Position numbers and translations under genes: made by a program. Positions 40,856 through 50,063 of a DNA stretch of 64,000 nucleotides are shown in pieces. Under the pieces are notes generated by a model. The model was not told the origin of the DNA. It did no database searches and was given only the letters and a program-made list of their open reading frames with translations. The DNA is from Trueperaceae bacterium (GTDB taxonomy: Bacteria > Deinococcota > Deinococci > Deinococcales > Trueperaceae): the NCBI GenBank assembly GCA_965214405.1, contig OZ243956.1, positions 2,560,001 through 2,624,000 on the forward strand, in the 5' to 3' direction. The number at the start of each line of letters is the position of its first letter. The first letter of the stretch is position 1.

Positions 40856-41467
40856 CTAACCCGGCTTGCGCACCTCGTAATAGCGCTTAACGTTCTGCAC
40901 AAACGGGAACTCGGTCAGCATCGTGCGGTAGGTCGAAAAGAGCTTCACCGCGTCCTCTTGAGTTTCCGGCAAATCCGCCATACGAAAGTACGACTGGTCG
41001 CCCGACGCAAAGCGAAAGGTCGGGGTGCCTGTGACGTGGTTCGCCGCGGCCTTGGCGTGCTCCTCAGCGAGCGCACGGCGCAGGTTGGGGTCTTGCAGCT
41101 TTTCCTCGAACACGTCCGCGTCTATGCCCACCTTTTTGGCGACGTTCAACACAGTCTGAAGCGTGTACGGCTCCCCGTTTGCGTGATGCGCCCTCGCCAG
41201 CTCGAGCCGAAACGCGTCCGCGTCACCCAGCTCCCGCGCGGCGTGCGAGGTCAAAAAGGGCAGCAAACCTTTTCCGCCGTCCTCGGCGTCGGTTTGCAGC
41301 GCGTCCTCCACAAGCTGCCAGCCGTCTTCGCCCTTGTAGTTGCTCTGGTAGAGGCTAAAATGCCGCCAGTCAAAGCTGACATCGAGCGGCCCCGCGACCC
41401 GCTCGGCGAGTTCCATCCCCCGGTAGGCGAAGGGGCACAAGTAATCGTAATAAACCGTTACGTCCAT
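40856..41467 (-). CDS. DsbA-family thioredoxin-fold protein
   Basis: YYDYLCPFAY, VTGTPTF. Confidence 0.85.
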   Translation of the reverse strand: MDVTVYYDYLCPFAYRGMELAERVAGPLDVSFDWRHFSLYQSNYKGEDGWQLVEDALQTDAEDGGKGLLPFLTSHAARELGDADAFRLELARAHHANGEPYTLQTVLNVAKKVGIDADVFEEKLQDPNLRRALAEEHAKAAANHVTGTPTFRFASGDQSYFRMADLPETQEDAVKLFSTYRTMLTEFPFVQNVKRYYEVRKPG

Positions 41468-41697
41468 ACCTTAGAGTCTATCCCACGTCACTCGCTTGAG
41501 GATGTTTTTGGTGATGTTCGACGTGAATGTTTACGCCTGCTCGAGCCGCCCTTTCATCTTCCGAATGATGCTCGAGCCAAGAACGGGTTGAGGTTCGCTC
41601 GAGCCAACCCCTGCTGTGGTGTAAGCTCTTCTGGTGTTTTGTCCCAAAGGCTTTTCTTTACATTTCTGTCTAAGACGCGTCTGAGGTCTCTAAATCT

Positions 41698-42750
41698 ATG
41701 CAATCGTTCTTCCCGTCCACACGCTTCCGGCTCCTTCCTGGTCTCGTCCTGACCGCGCTCCTGACGACGCTGGCTTACTCTTTGGACCGGCTACCCGGCT
41801 TAGGGTTGTTGGGCACGCTCGGTCTTGCGCTGGTCCTCGGCCTCGCTTGCCGGGCGCTCTTCGGGCTGCCTAAAGTTGCCGCGCCGGGCGTGACGTTTTC
41901 GGCCAAAACGCTCCTCAACTTGGGCGTGATTTTGCTCGGCGTGCGGCTCAACTTCGCCCTGCTCTACGCGGCGGGTCCCTCAGTGCTGCTCTTGGACCTG
42001 CTGGTGGTCGGGGCCGGGATGCTGACGATAGAGCGCCTCGGCAAGCGGATGGGGCTCACGCGCGGGCTGCGGCTCGCGTTGGCGGTGGGCTCGAGCATCT
42101 GCGGCCCCTCGGCTATCGCCGCGGCGGTACCCATTATCGGCGCGAGTGACGACGAGGTCTCCGTGGCGGTGGGCACCGTGAGTCTGCTCGGCGCGCTCGG
42201 CGCGGTCGGCTACATCTTACTTGCGCCGCTACTCGATTTAGGCCCCAGGGTGTACGGTCTCATGACCGGCGCGACGTTGCAATCGGTCGGCCACGTGCTC
42301 GCGGCGGGCGCGGCGGGCGGCGCGGGGGCGCTCGACCTCGCTACGCTAACCAAACTCACGCGGGTGGCGCTGCTCGCCCCGGTGCTGCTCGTGGTCGGTT
42401 GGCTGTTGGCGAGATACGGCGAGGCTGGGCGTGAAGAGACGGGGCGTGAGGGGGCGGGGCTCGAGCGCATCTCTTTACCCAAGACGCGTCCACCCTTGCT
42501 ACCGGGGTTTCTCATCGGCTTTCTCGCGCTCGGCGCGCTCAACAGTTTTGGTCTCATCCCGCGCTCGCTCATAAACATCCTCAACCCCGCCAGCGTGGTC
42601 CTGACCACCGTGGCGATGGCCGGAATCGGCCTGGGCGTCAACTTCGGCGTGCTCCGGCGCATCGGCGGCGGCGCGGCGCTGCTGGCGCTGCTCGGGTTCG
42701 GCATTATCATCACCATCGCCGCGCTTTACACGGTTTTTATCCCTGTTTAG
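41698..42750 (+). CDS. YeiH-family (putative sulfate exporter) membrane protein
   Basis: GSSICGPSAIAA, KLTRVALL; multi-pass hydrophobic. Confidence 0.88.
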   Translation: MQSFFPSTRFRLLPGLVLTALLTTLAYSLDRLPGLGLLGTLGLALVLGLACRALFGLPKVAAPGVTFSAKTLLNLGVILLGVRLNFALLYAAGPSVLLLDLLVVGAGMLTIERLGKRMGLTRGLRLALAVGSSICGPSAIAAAVPIIGASDDEVSVAVGTVSLLGALGAVGYILLAPLLDLGPRVYGLMTGATLQSVGHVLAAGAAGGAGALDLATLTKLTRVALLAPVLLVVGWLLARYGEAGREETGREGAGLERISLPKTRPPLLPGFLIGFLALGALNSFGLIPRSLINILNPASVVLTTVAMAGIGLGVNFGVLRRIGGGAALLALLGFGIIITIAALYTVFIPV

Positions 42751-42857
42751 CAGTCTGGTTTGACGGGTAAAAGGATGTGACTCGAGAGGACGCGCCCTAC
42801 TAAGCCCCGACGTTGGTCTATGAGTTACAGTAGGCTCGGGCAAAGAGGAGGAAAAAG

Positions 42858-44024
42858 ATGTTTCGAGGCGTGAAGGTGTTTTGGATTCTGCCGGTGACGT
42901 GGGTCGCCCTGGTTTTTCGCGTGGCCCAGGCGGGTCCTCTCGTGGCAATCGGCGGCGGTCTGGAGCCGGAAAACGAAGCCGTGTACCGCGCGGTCATCGA
43001 CCTCGCCGGAACCGACCCCACGGTGTGCGTTTTCGGCACCGCGAGTTCCGACCCGCAGGAGAGCGCCGAGGCCTATGTGGCGGATTTCGAGGAATACGGC
43101 GCGGCGGCCAAGGTAGTCGACATCACCACCGACAATGCGGCGGAAAGTACAAGCAGTGAAGACGTACTGGCGACCATCCGCGACTGCGACGGCTACTTCT
43201 TTACCGGCGGCGACCAGCGCCGAATCACCGAGGCATTTTTAGAAGACGGGGCGGACACCCCGGCGCTAGCCGCCCTCCGTGAACGTTTTGTGGCGGGCGC
43301 ACCTATTGCGGGCACGAGCGCGGGGCTCGCCGTGCTGAGTAACCCGATGATTAGCGGCGGCTCGAGCGTCGACACCCTCCTGTCAGGCCCCGACCCGGTC
43401 ACGCTCGAGCCCGGCTTGGGCTTTGTCAGCGGCGTGATTTTGGACCAGCACTCGGTTGAGCGCGGTCGCTTTGGCCGCCTCTTGGGCGCGCTTCTTGAAA
43501 CCAACACCCCGCTCGGCGTCGGCGTGAGCGAGGATACCGCCGTGGTTATCCCCGAGACCGGCCCCTGGGAGGTCGTGGGCGAGGGTTACGTGGTGGTTTT
43601 GGAGGTGTCGGAAGGAAGCACGTTGGACGAACCCGGCGAGGTGATGATGAGCCTCATCTCGAGCGGCGACACCTTTGATCCCTCGTCAAGCACGTTTAGC
43701 ATTCTCGAGGGGCGTAGCGCCGAGGAGGTCGGCTCCTACTATGACCCCGGCGTGATTTTTGCGGTGGACGTGTTCGGCCCCGAGGTGGTGAGCGGGGTGT
43801 TGGAGCGCCTTATCGACTCCTCTGAGGCGCAGGCGAGCGGGCTGGGCTTCTTGGGCAGCGGCGAGGCGAGCTTTCGCGCCGACGGGGTGCGGCTTGTGTT
43901 TGAGAAGACGCCGCAAACAGAGGGCTACTGGGGCCGTGTGGACGGCGAAGACTACAGCATCGTCCGGGTGGGCGTGCGCTTGGAGCCCGTCGAGGTGAGC
44001 GTGTCGCCGCGGGGGGAGGACTGA
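42858..44024 (+). CDS. Cyanophycinase-like S51 peptidase with signal peptide
   Basis: LVAIGGG, FFTGGDQ.RI, GTSAG, DQH..ERGRFGRL, EDTA; signal peptide ending AQA. Confidence 0.85.
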   Translation: MFRGVKVFWILPVTWVALVFRVAQAGPLVAIGGGLEPENEAVYRAVIDLAGTDPTVCVFGTASSDPQESAEAYVADFEEYGAAAKVVDITTDNAAESTSSEDVLATIRDCDGYFFTGGDQRRITEAFLEDGADTPALAALRERFVAGAPIAGTSAGLAVLSNPMISGGSSVDTLLSGPDPVTLEPGLGFVSGVILDQHSVERGRFGRLLGALLETNTPLGVGVSEDTAVVIPETGPWEVVGEGYVVVLEVSEGSTLDEPGEVMMSLISSGDTFDPSSSTFSILEGRSAEEVGSYYDPGVIFAVDVFGPEVVSGVLERLIDSSEAQASGLGFLGSGEASFRADGVRLVFEKTPQTEGYWGRVDGEDYSIVRVGVRLEPVEVSVSPRGED

Positions 44025-44066
44025 CGGGTCCTCGAGCCGTCTTCAGGAGATGATAAGCTCACCCTC

Positions 44067-44930
44067 ATGAGACCCGTGTCCACTTTTTCCATCGTGGCTC
44101 GAGACCCCGCGACCGGCGACTTCGGCGTCGCCACCGCCTCTAAATTCTTGGCCGTCGGCGGGGTGGTGCCCTTTGCCGAGGCCGGGGTGGGCGCGGTCGC
44201 CACCCAGTCTTACGCCAACACGAGCTACGGACCGCGCACGCTGGCGGCGTTAAAGCAACATATCCCGCTTACGTTTATCCACCAAGCCTTCGCCGCGACC
44301 GACCCCGAACACGCGCAGCGGCAGTACGGTTTGGTGGACGCCGCTGGCAACGCCCTCACCTTTACGGGTGAGGCGTGTCACCCCTGGGCGGGGGGCCGAG
44401 ATGGCGAGGGCTGGGCGGCGCAGGGCAACCTGCTTACTGGTCCCGAGGTGGTGGACGCGCTTGTTGAAACTTTCTTGGCGAATCAAGAAGCCTTTCCTGA
44501 GCGCCTGTTGGCCGCACTCGCCGCGGGTGACGCCGCAGGGGGCGACAAGCGCGGGCGGCAGTCGGCGGCGCTGCTGGTCGTGCGCGTCGAGGGTGGCTAC
44601 GGCGGCTTTAACGACCGCTACATCGACCTGCGTATAGATGACCATGAAGACCCGGTGGGCGAACTCTGCCGCCTCCTGAGTTTGCAGCGCCTCTACTTCG
44701 AGCGCCCGAGTGAGGCGAACGTGCTCGAGCTATCCCCACCCATCTCCGACAGATTGAGGCGCGTGCTGGTGGCGTCGGGGTATCTGGCCGCGTCGGCGGA
44801 GGGCTGGAGCGACGCTGAGGAGGCGGCGCTGCGCTCGCTCGCGGGTGTCGAGAATTTAGAGGAGCGGATGCTGGGGCCGGGTCAAGTAGACCGGGTGGTG
44901 CTCGAGTACCTGGAGAGAAAATATCCTTAA
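44067..44930 (+). CDS. DUF1028 (Ntn-hydrolase-like) protein
   Basis: TFSIVARD, GAVATQS, AQGNLL, GGDKRGRQSAA, DLRIDDH. Confidence 0.9.
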   Translation: MRPVSTFSIVARDPATGDFGVATASKFLAVGGVVPFAEAGVGAVATQSYANTSYGPRTLAALKQHIPLTFIHQAFAATDPEHAQRQYGLVDAAGNALTFTGEACHPWAGGRDGEGWAAQGNLLTGPEVVDALVETFLANQEAFPERLLAALAAGDAAGGDKRGRQSAALLVVRVEGGYGGFNDRYIDLRIDDHEDPVGELCRLLSLQRLYFERPSEANVLELSPPISDRLRRVLVASGYLAASAEGWSDAEEAALRSLAGVENLEERMLGPGQVDRVVLEYLERKYP

Positions 44931-45133
44931 TGCCCTTTATCAACATCAAAATTACACGCGAGGGGGCGACGAGAGAGCAAAAAGAAGCGCTCATCCGCGG
45001 TGCGACGCAACTCCTCGTAGACGTGCTGGGTAAAAATCCGCAAACCACTGTTGTTGTGATCGACGAAATAGACACCGACAACTGGGGCGTCGCGGGCGAA
45101 ACGATTACGGAGCGGCGGGCGCGGGGCGAGTAG
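44930..45133 (+). CDS. 4-oxalocrotonate tautomerase family protein
   Basis: N-terminal (M)PFINIK, EQKEALI, NWGVAG. Confidence 0.92.
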   Translation: MPFINIKITREGATREQKEALIRGATQLLVDVLGKNPQTTVVVIDEIDTDNWGVAGETITERRARGE

Positions 45134-45192
45134 CAAGCTGGCTTACTTTGCTCTTCCCTCAGGCTATGCCACGCTAGGCCAAAGGAGGCTTT

Positions 45193-45534
45193 ATGAGCGA
45201 TACGACCATCAAGAAGGTGAACGCGGCAACCTCGCCCAAGGGCGAGATGGGGCAGGTCTACCTCGTCTCGGGCGTGAGTATGGCGATGCGGATGTGGCGG
45301 GACGAAGAGCCCAACGAGCCCAAACCCGAAGAGAGCCGCGCCTATGAAACCGTCGGCTATGTGATAAGCGGCAGAGCGGAGCTTCATTTGGAGGGGCAGA
45401 TGATCCGGCTCGAGCCCGGCGACTCCTGGCTTGTGCCCAAAGACGCCAAACATACTTACAAGATTCTCGAGGCCTTCACCGCCGTCGAGGCGACGCATCC
45501 ACCGGCAAGAGTGAACGACCGGGACGACGCGTAA
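45193..45534 (+). CDS. Cupin-domain protein
   Basis: YETVGYVISGRAELHLEGQ...PGDSW.VP...HTY. Confidence 0.85.
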   Translation: MSDTTIKKVNAATSPKGEMGQVYLVSGVSMAMRMWRDEEPNEPKPEESRAYETVGYVISGRAELHLEGQMIRLEPGDSWLVPKDAKHTYKILEAFTAVEATHPPARVNDRDDA

Positions 45535-45560
45535 AGATAAGAGAGCACAAAGAAAAAGGG

Positions 45561-45592
45561 GAGAGGCTGACGTTTACAGTCAGCCTCTCTTT
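45561..45592. terminator. Hairpin terminator between convergent genes
   Basis: GAGAGGCTGAC-gtttaca-GTCAGCCTCTC-TTT. Confidence 0.75.
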
Positions 45593-45780
45593 ATGCCAAT
45601 TATGCTAAGGGTTTTGAAGAACGCGGCGGCGGTTTCTTTATCCTCTGCCATGACGTCATCGGTAAAGTCGTGCGTGTACCAGAACTCGTCCTCTTCCTCC
45701 CATGACATTTTGGAGAAGTCGGGAAGTTAACCTGGATGGTTAATGAGTTTGCGCTCACCGTCTCTACCCTTTTTAGTTAT
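45580..45780 (-). pseudogene. CopG/BrnA-like antitoxin remnant
   Basis: Hand translation ITKKGRDGERKLINHPG*LPDFSKMSWEEEDEFWYTHDFTDD...; in-frame TAA, ATA at the expected start. Confidence 0.5.
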
Positions 45781-45786
45781 TTGCCG

Positions 45787-46650
45787 CTATTTTCCCCGAA
45801 ACTCCGCCGCCCGCTTGTCCAAAAATGCTTGCGTCCCTTCTTTGGCGTCTTCCGTGGCGGTCACCATGCCGAACAGGTCGGCTTCGATTTCCAAGCCTTG
45901 CGGCAGCGTCACGTCCGCGCCGCGCACGACGGCTTCTTTGGCAAGCCCGAGGGCGACGGGGGCGTTTTTAACGATTGACCCGGCGAGTTCTTTGGCGGTT
46001 GCAAGCGCGTCATCAGCCACGCGGTTCACCAGGCCGAGCGTGAGGGCCTCGTCCGCGCCTACATGCCGCCCGGTGAGGATGAGGTCTAAAGCGCGGCCCT
46101 GACCGATGAGGCGCGGGAGGCGTTGGGTGCCGCCGTAGCCGGGGATGAGGCCCAAACCGACTTCGGGCAAGCCCAACTTGGCGCTTTTGCTGGCGACGCG
46201 CAAGTCGGCGGCCAAGGCAAGCTCGAGCCCCCCGCCCAGCGCAAAGCCGTTCACCGCGGCAATCGTCGGGATGGGCAGCGCGGCGAGCGTGTTCATCACG
46301 TCCTGACCCGAGAGCGCCGCCTCGCGCCCGCCGAAGACGTCTTCTAGTTTATTCAAGGCCGCAATGTCCGCCCCCGCGACAAAGGCGCGGCCCATACCCG
46401 TAATCACGAATGCTTGCACGTCTAAGTCGGACTGGACGAGTTCGAACGCCACCCCTAGTTCAAAAAGTAGGTCGGCATTAAGCGCGTTGAGCGCCTCGGG
46501 CCGATTGACGGTGAGGACCGCGACGCCGTTTTCGACTTCGTAGGACAAAAAGCGGAGGTCGTCGGCGATGTCGCTGGGGCTCAAAGCTTCGTGATTGTGC
46601 GCGTCATCGTTCACAGGGTTATTTGCGGGGTCGTTCATAAAGTCACTCAT
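45787..46650 (-). CDS. Enoyl-CoA hydratase/isomerase
   Basis: NRPEALNALN, AFVAGADI, NGFALGGGLE, PGYGGTQRLPRLIG. Confidence 0.95.
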   Translation of the reverse strand: MSDFMNDPANNPVNDDAHNHEALSPSDIADDLRFLSYEVENGVAVLTVNRPEALNALNADLLFELGVAFELVQSDLDVQAFVITGMGRAFVAGADIAALNKLEDVFGGREAALSGQDVMNTLAALPIPTIAAVNGFALGGGLELALAADLRVASKSAKLGLPEVGLGLIPGYGGTQRLPRLIGQGRALDLILTGRHVGADEALTLGLVNRVADDALATAKELAGSIVKNAPVALGLAKEAVVRGADVTLPQGLEIEADLFGMVTATEDAKEGTQAFLDKRAAEFRGK

Positions 46651-47170
46651 GGTCGCTCCTGTTGGTGGGTCTGAATCCCAGACGTTTGTTAATGGCGAGC
46701 ATCGCGTGGTTGCTCGAGTCGTTGCTCGTCTTCACGGTCATCACGCCCTGCGCCGCAGCGTAACCCAGCGCGAGCACTTTGAGCGCGTGGGCCACGCCCC
46801 GCCCGCGGTAAGGTTTCAAAACGGCGGTGAGGCCGAACAGAGCCTCGTTGCCGCTTACGGTGAGGCTCGAGAGTCCCACCCAGACCTCGCCCGCCGCCGC
46901 CAAAAACTGACTCTCGGCTACGCGCCAGTAGCACGGTTCAAAAAGTTGTTCGGAAAACTCCCCGAAGCTTTCAAAGCCGCCCGTGTGTCCGGGCGTCTCG
47001 AGCACGCCCTCTCTTACCAGCGCGTAGAGTTTACGCCGAACCGCCAAACCATCCTCAACGTCTGCGAGCCTGAAAAGCTCAAATCCCTGAGCCTTGACGC
47101 GTTCTACCAAAGCCTCCTGCTGCGCCGCGTCAAAATCAGCCAGCGTGAGGATTTGCTCAACGCCGCTCAA
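46643..47170 (-). CDS. GNAT-family acetyltransferase
   Basis: TAV...YRGRGVA, N..MLAINKRLGF. Confidence 0.88.
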   Translation of the reverse strand: MSGVEQILTLADFDAAQQEALVERVKAQGFELFRLADVEDGLAVRRKLYALVREGVLETPGHTGGFESFGEFSEQLFEPCYWRVAESQFLAAAGEVWVGLSSLTVSGNEALFGLTAVLKPYRGRGVAHALKVLALGYAAAQGVMTVKTSNDSSNHAMLAINKRLGFRPTNRSDHE

Positions 47171-47179
47171 GCATTCCCC

Positions 47180-48022
47180 TCAGTCATACTTGTAAAATCC
47201 CTCGCCCGTCTTGCGCCCCAACCGCCCCGCCCGCACCATCTGTTTGAGGAGCGGCGCGGCGCGAAACTTCGGGTCGCCAAATTCATCATGCAGCGACTCG
47301 GCGGCGGCCAAGGCCACGTCCAAACCGACCAAATCGCCCAAGGCAAGCGGGCCGATGGGCATGTTCGCGCCCAGCTTCATCGCCCGGTCGATGTCTTCAG
47401 CGCTCGCCACACCCTCGGAGAGCGCGTGGATGGCGTCGTTCATGTAGGGGACCAAGAGGCGGTTGACGATAAAGCCGGGTTTGTCCTCGCAGACGATGGG
47501 CGTTTTGTTAAGACTCTCGACAAAGGCTCGAGCCTTTGTCACAGTCTCCTCTTCCGTCTGGAGCGCGCGCACCACCTCAACGAGGGGCAGCATCGGCACG
47601 GGGTTGAAAAAGTGGAGGCCGCAAAAGCGTCCGGGGTTTGTCACAAACGAGGCGATCTGGGTGACGGAGAGGCTCGAGGTGTTCGTCGCCAGAATCGCCT
47701 CCTCTGATGCGACCTCGTCTACGCGCCCCCACACCTCCTTTTTCACCTTTACGGTTTCAAACACCGCCTCGATGATGATTTCGGCCTCGCGTAGGGGCTC
47801 GAGGCCTTCCGTCGCCGTAATGCGCCCCAGCGTCTCCGCCTTGGCCTCTTCGGTGAGCGTCCCCTTCTTAACAAAGCGGGCGAGGCTTGTGTCCACCGCG
47901 CCCAGCCCCCGCGTCCGCGCGCCCTCATTCACGTCTTGCAGCGCGACCTCGTGCCCCGCCACCGCGCACGCCTGCGCGATGCCCGCGCCCATCGTGCCCG
48001 CGCCGACGACCGCAACCTTCAT
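47180..48022 (-). CDS. 3-hydroxybutyryl/3-hydroxyacyl-CoA dehydrogenase
   Basis: GAGTMGAGIA, TNTSSLS, GLHFFNP, PGFIVNR, GRKTGEGFY. Confidence 0.95.
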   Translation of the reverse strand: MKVAVVGAGTMGAGIAQACAVAGHEVALQDVNEGARTRGLGAVDTSLARFVKKGTLTEEAKAETLGRITATEGLEPLREAEIIIEAVFETVKVKKEVWGRVDEVASEEAILATNTSSLSVTQIASFVTNPGRFCGLHFFNPVPMLPLVEVVRALQTEEETVTKARAFVESLNKTPIVCEDKPGFIVNRLLVPYMNDAIHALSEGVASAEDIDRAMKLGANMPIGPLALGDLVGLDVALAAAESLHDEFGDPKFRAAPLLKQMVRAGRLGRKTGEGFYKYD

Positions 48023-48311
48023 GGTGCGCCTCTCGAGATTACTTGCGGTTGGATTGAGGCGGTACGAGATGAGCCGCGTTCTGTAGATTTAGCGTTGTTC
48101 GTTAGGGCTTTGCGTAGCATGTGCATACAGCAATGTTACCCCACCACTCTTCCCAGCTCCGCGCTTCCAACGCAACGGCGTTCAGCAAACGCCGTTCTGC
48201 ATAATCCCCTGTACAATAAACGACAGCTCTCTGTTACGCGTTTCGGAGCTGGTACTGGTTTCTGTCTGTAACCCACCCTGCCTACACCCTGCCTACAAAG
48301 GATGTCCCTTC

Positions 48312-49115
48312 GTGTCCCCGCTCGTTCGTGTCGACAACGTCAGCAAAACCTACGGTAACGGAACGGTGGCCCTGGAGGAGGTGTCGCTCGAGGTCGCCGC
48401 GGGCGAGTTCGTGTCGCTGGTGGGGCCGTCGGGCTGCGGCAAATCGACGTTGCTGCGCCTCGTCGCGGGCTTGGGCGAGGTTACGGCGGGTGAAGTAACG
48501 GTAGGCAGAATTGCTGTAAGAGGGCGTGCGCCCAAGGCAACAGAACTCGGCTTTGTCTTCCAGGACGCCACGCTGCTCCCTTGGCGGACGGTCGAGGCGA
48601 ACGTGGCGCTGCCGCTCGAGCTTGCAGGCACCCGCAAAAGAGCGCGGCTGGCGGCGGCGCGTGAGGGGCTGGCGCTCGTCGGGCTGGCCGACGTTGCGGG
48701 GGCTTACCCGAACGAACTTTCCGGCGGAATGCAGATGCGCGTCTCCATTGCGCGCGCGCTTGTGACCCGGCCCGACCTTTTGTTAATGGACGAACCCTTT
48801 GGCGCGTTGGACGAAATCACGCGGCAGCGGCTTAACGATGAGCTGCTCGAGCTGCGCGCCCGCACGGGCGCGACGGTCTTGTTCGTCACGCACAACGTTT
48901 TTGAAGCGGTCTACTTGTCCGACCGCATCCTGGTGATGAGCGCCCGGCCTGGACGCATTATGAAAGAGGTGCGCATGAGCGCTCAGGCGGGTCGTGGTGA
49001 AGCGTTTCGCGGGTCTCGAGCGTTTTCCCAGGGCGTCCTGGCGGTAACGCGGGCGCTGAGAGGAGCCGGGCCGCAGGAGACGTTTCATCCTGATCTTGCG
49101 GAGGTGGCGGTGTGA
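48312..49115 (+). CDS. ABC transporter ATP-binding subunit (TauB/SsuB type)
   Basis: GPSGCGKST, LSGGM, MDEPFGALD. Confidence 0.95.
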   Translation: MSPLVRVDNVSKTYGNGTVALEEVSLEVAAGEFVSLVGPSGCGKSTLLRLVAGLGEVTAGEVTVGRIAVRGRAPKATELGFVFQDATLLPWRTVEANVALPLELAGTRKRARLAAAREGLALVGLADVAGAYPNELSGGMQMRVSIARALVTRPDLLLMDEPFGALDEITRQRLNDELLELRARTGATVLFVTHNVFEAVYLSDRILVMSARPGRIMKEVRMSAQAGRGEAFRGSRAFSQGVLAVTRALRGAGPQETFHPDLAEVAV

Positions 49116-49954
49116 GCGTGACTTCTGGTCGTGAACGTGTGGGTGAGAATGTAGATGGGCGTAGGCAGGGCTCGAGGGGGTCCCTTCTTCCGCGAATACT
49201 GCCGCCTGTACTCGCCTTTGTCGCCGTGGTGGCGCTCTGGCAGCTCGGCGTGGTTCTTTTCAATCCGCCCGCTTACTTCTTGCCGGGTCCGCTGCGCGTG
49301 CTGGCGGTGTTCTGGGAGCGGGGGCCGCAGCTCCTTAGCGCAACCTGGCTTACCCTTCGAGCGTCGGCCCTGGCGCTCGTCTTATCGACCGTGCTGGGCG
49401 CGGCTCTGGCGCTCGCGCTGGCGAGTTCGACGGGGCTCTACCGCGCGCTTTTTCCCTACACGGTGGTGCTGCAAACCACGCCCGTCATCGCGGTTGCGCC
49501 CGTGGTCATCATCTGGTTTGGCGTCGGTTTACCGGCCATCGTCACGATTGCGGTGCTGGTGAGCATGTTTCCGGTGGTCGCCAGCACGACCGTGGGGCTG
49601 CTCTCGACCGATAGGGGGCTCGTGCGGCTTTTCGACCTCTACCGCGCGTCGCCGTGGCAGGGGCTCGTAAAGCTCAGGCTCCCCTATGCGCTCCCCTACT
49701 TTTTCGCGGGCGTGCGCGTCGCGGCGGGGTTGGCGGTCATCGGCGCGATTGTGGGTGAGTTTGTCGCGGGGATGGGGGGCAACCGGGGCGGCCTGGGCTT
49801 TTTTATCACCGACGCGGCGAGTCGCTTGGCTATGGCGGACGTTTTCGCGGCGGCGTTCGTTTCGGCAGCGCTGGGCGTCGGCTTTTTGCTCTTGATAGAC
49901 TTCGTGAGCCGCTCGAGCCTGCGCCACTGGCACGCGTCTGTGAGTGAAGACTAG
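49112..49954 (+). CDS. ABC transporter permease (TauC/SsuC type)
   Basis: QTTPVIAVAP, LRLPYALPY, GAIVGEF. Confidence 0.92.
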   Translation: MSVTSGRERVGENVDGRRQGSRGSLLPRILPPVLAFVAVVALWQLGVVLFNPPAYFLPGPLRVLAVFWERGPQLLSATWLTLRASALALVLSTVLGAALALALASSTGLYRALFPYTVVLQTTPVIAVAPVVIIWFGVGLPAIVTIAVLVSMFPVVASTTVGLLSTDRGLVRLFDLYRASPWQGLVKLRLPYALPYFFAGVRVAAGLAVIGAIVGEFVAGMGGNRGGLGFFITDAASRLAMADVFAAAFVSAALGVGFLLLIDFVSRSSLRHWHASVSED

Positions 49955-50063
49955 AGGGTATGACAAAGATGAGTTTGTTTTGTACAGCGAACGTCAAGAT
50001 TTGGAAGGCTCGAGGTTTAAGAGATTCGAAATCCGTTGCGAGGGTCTTTTTAGGAGATAACGC

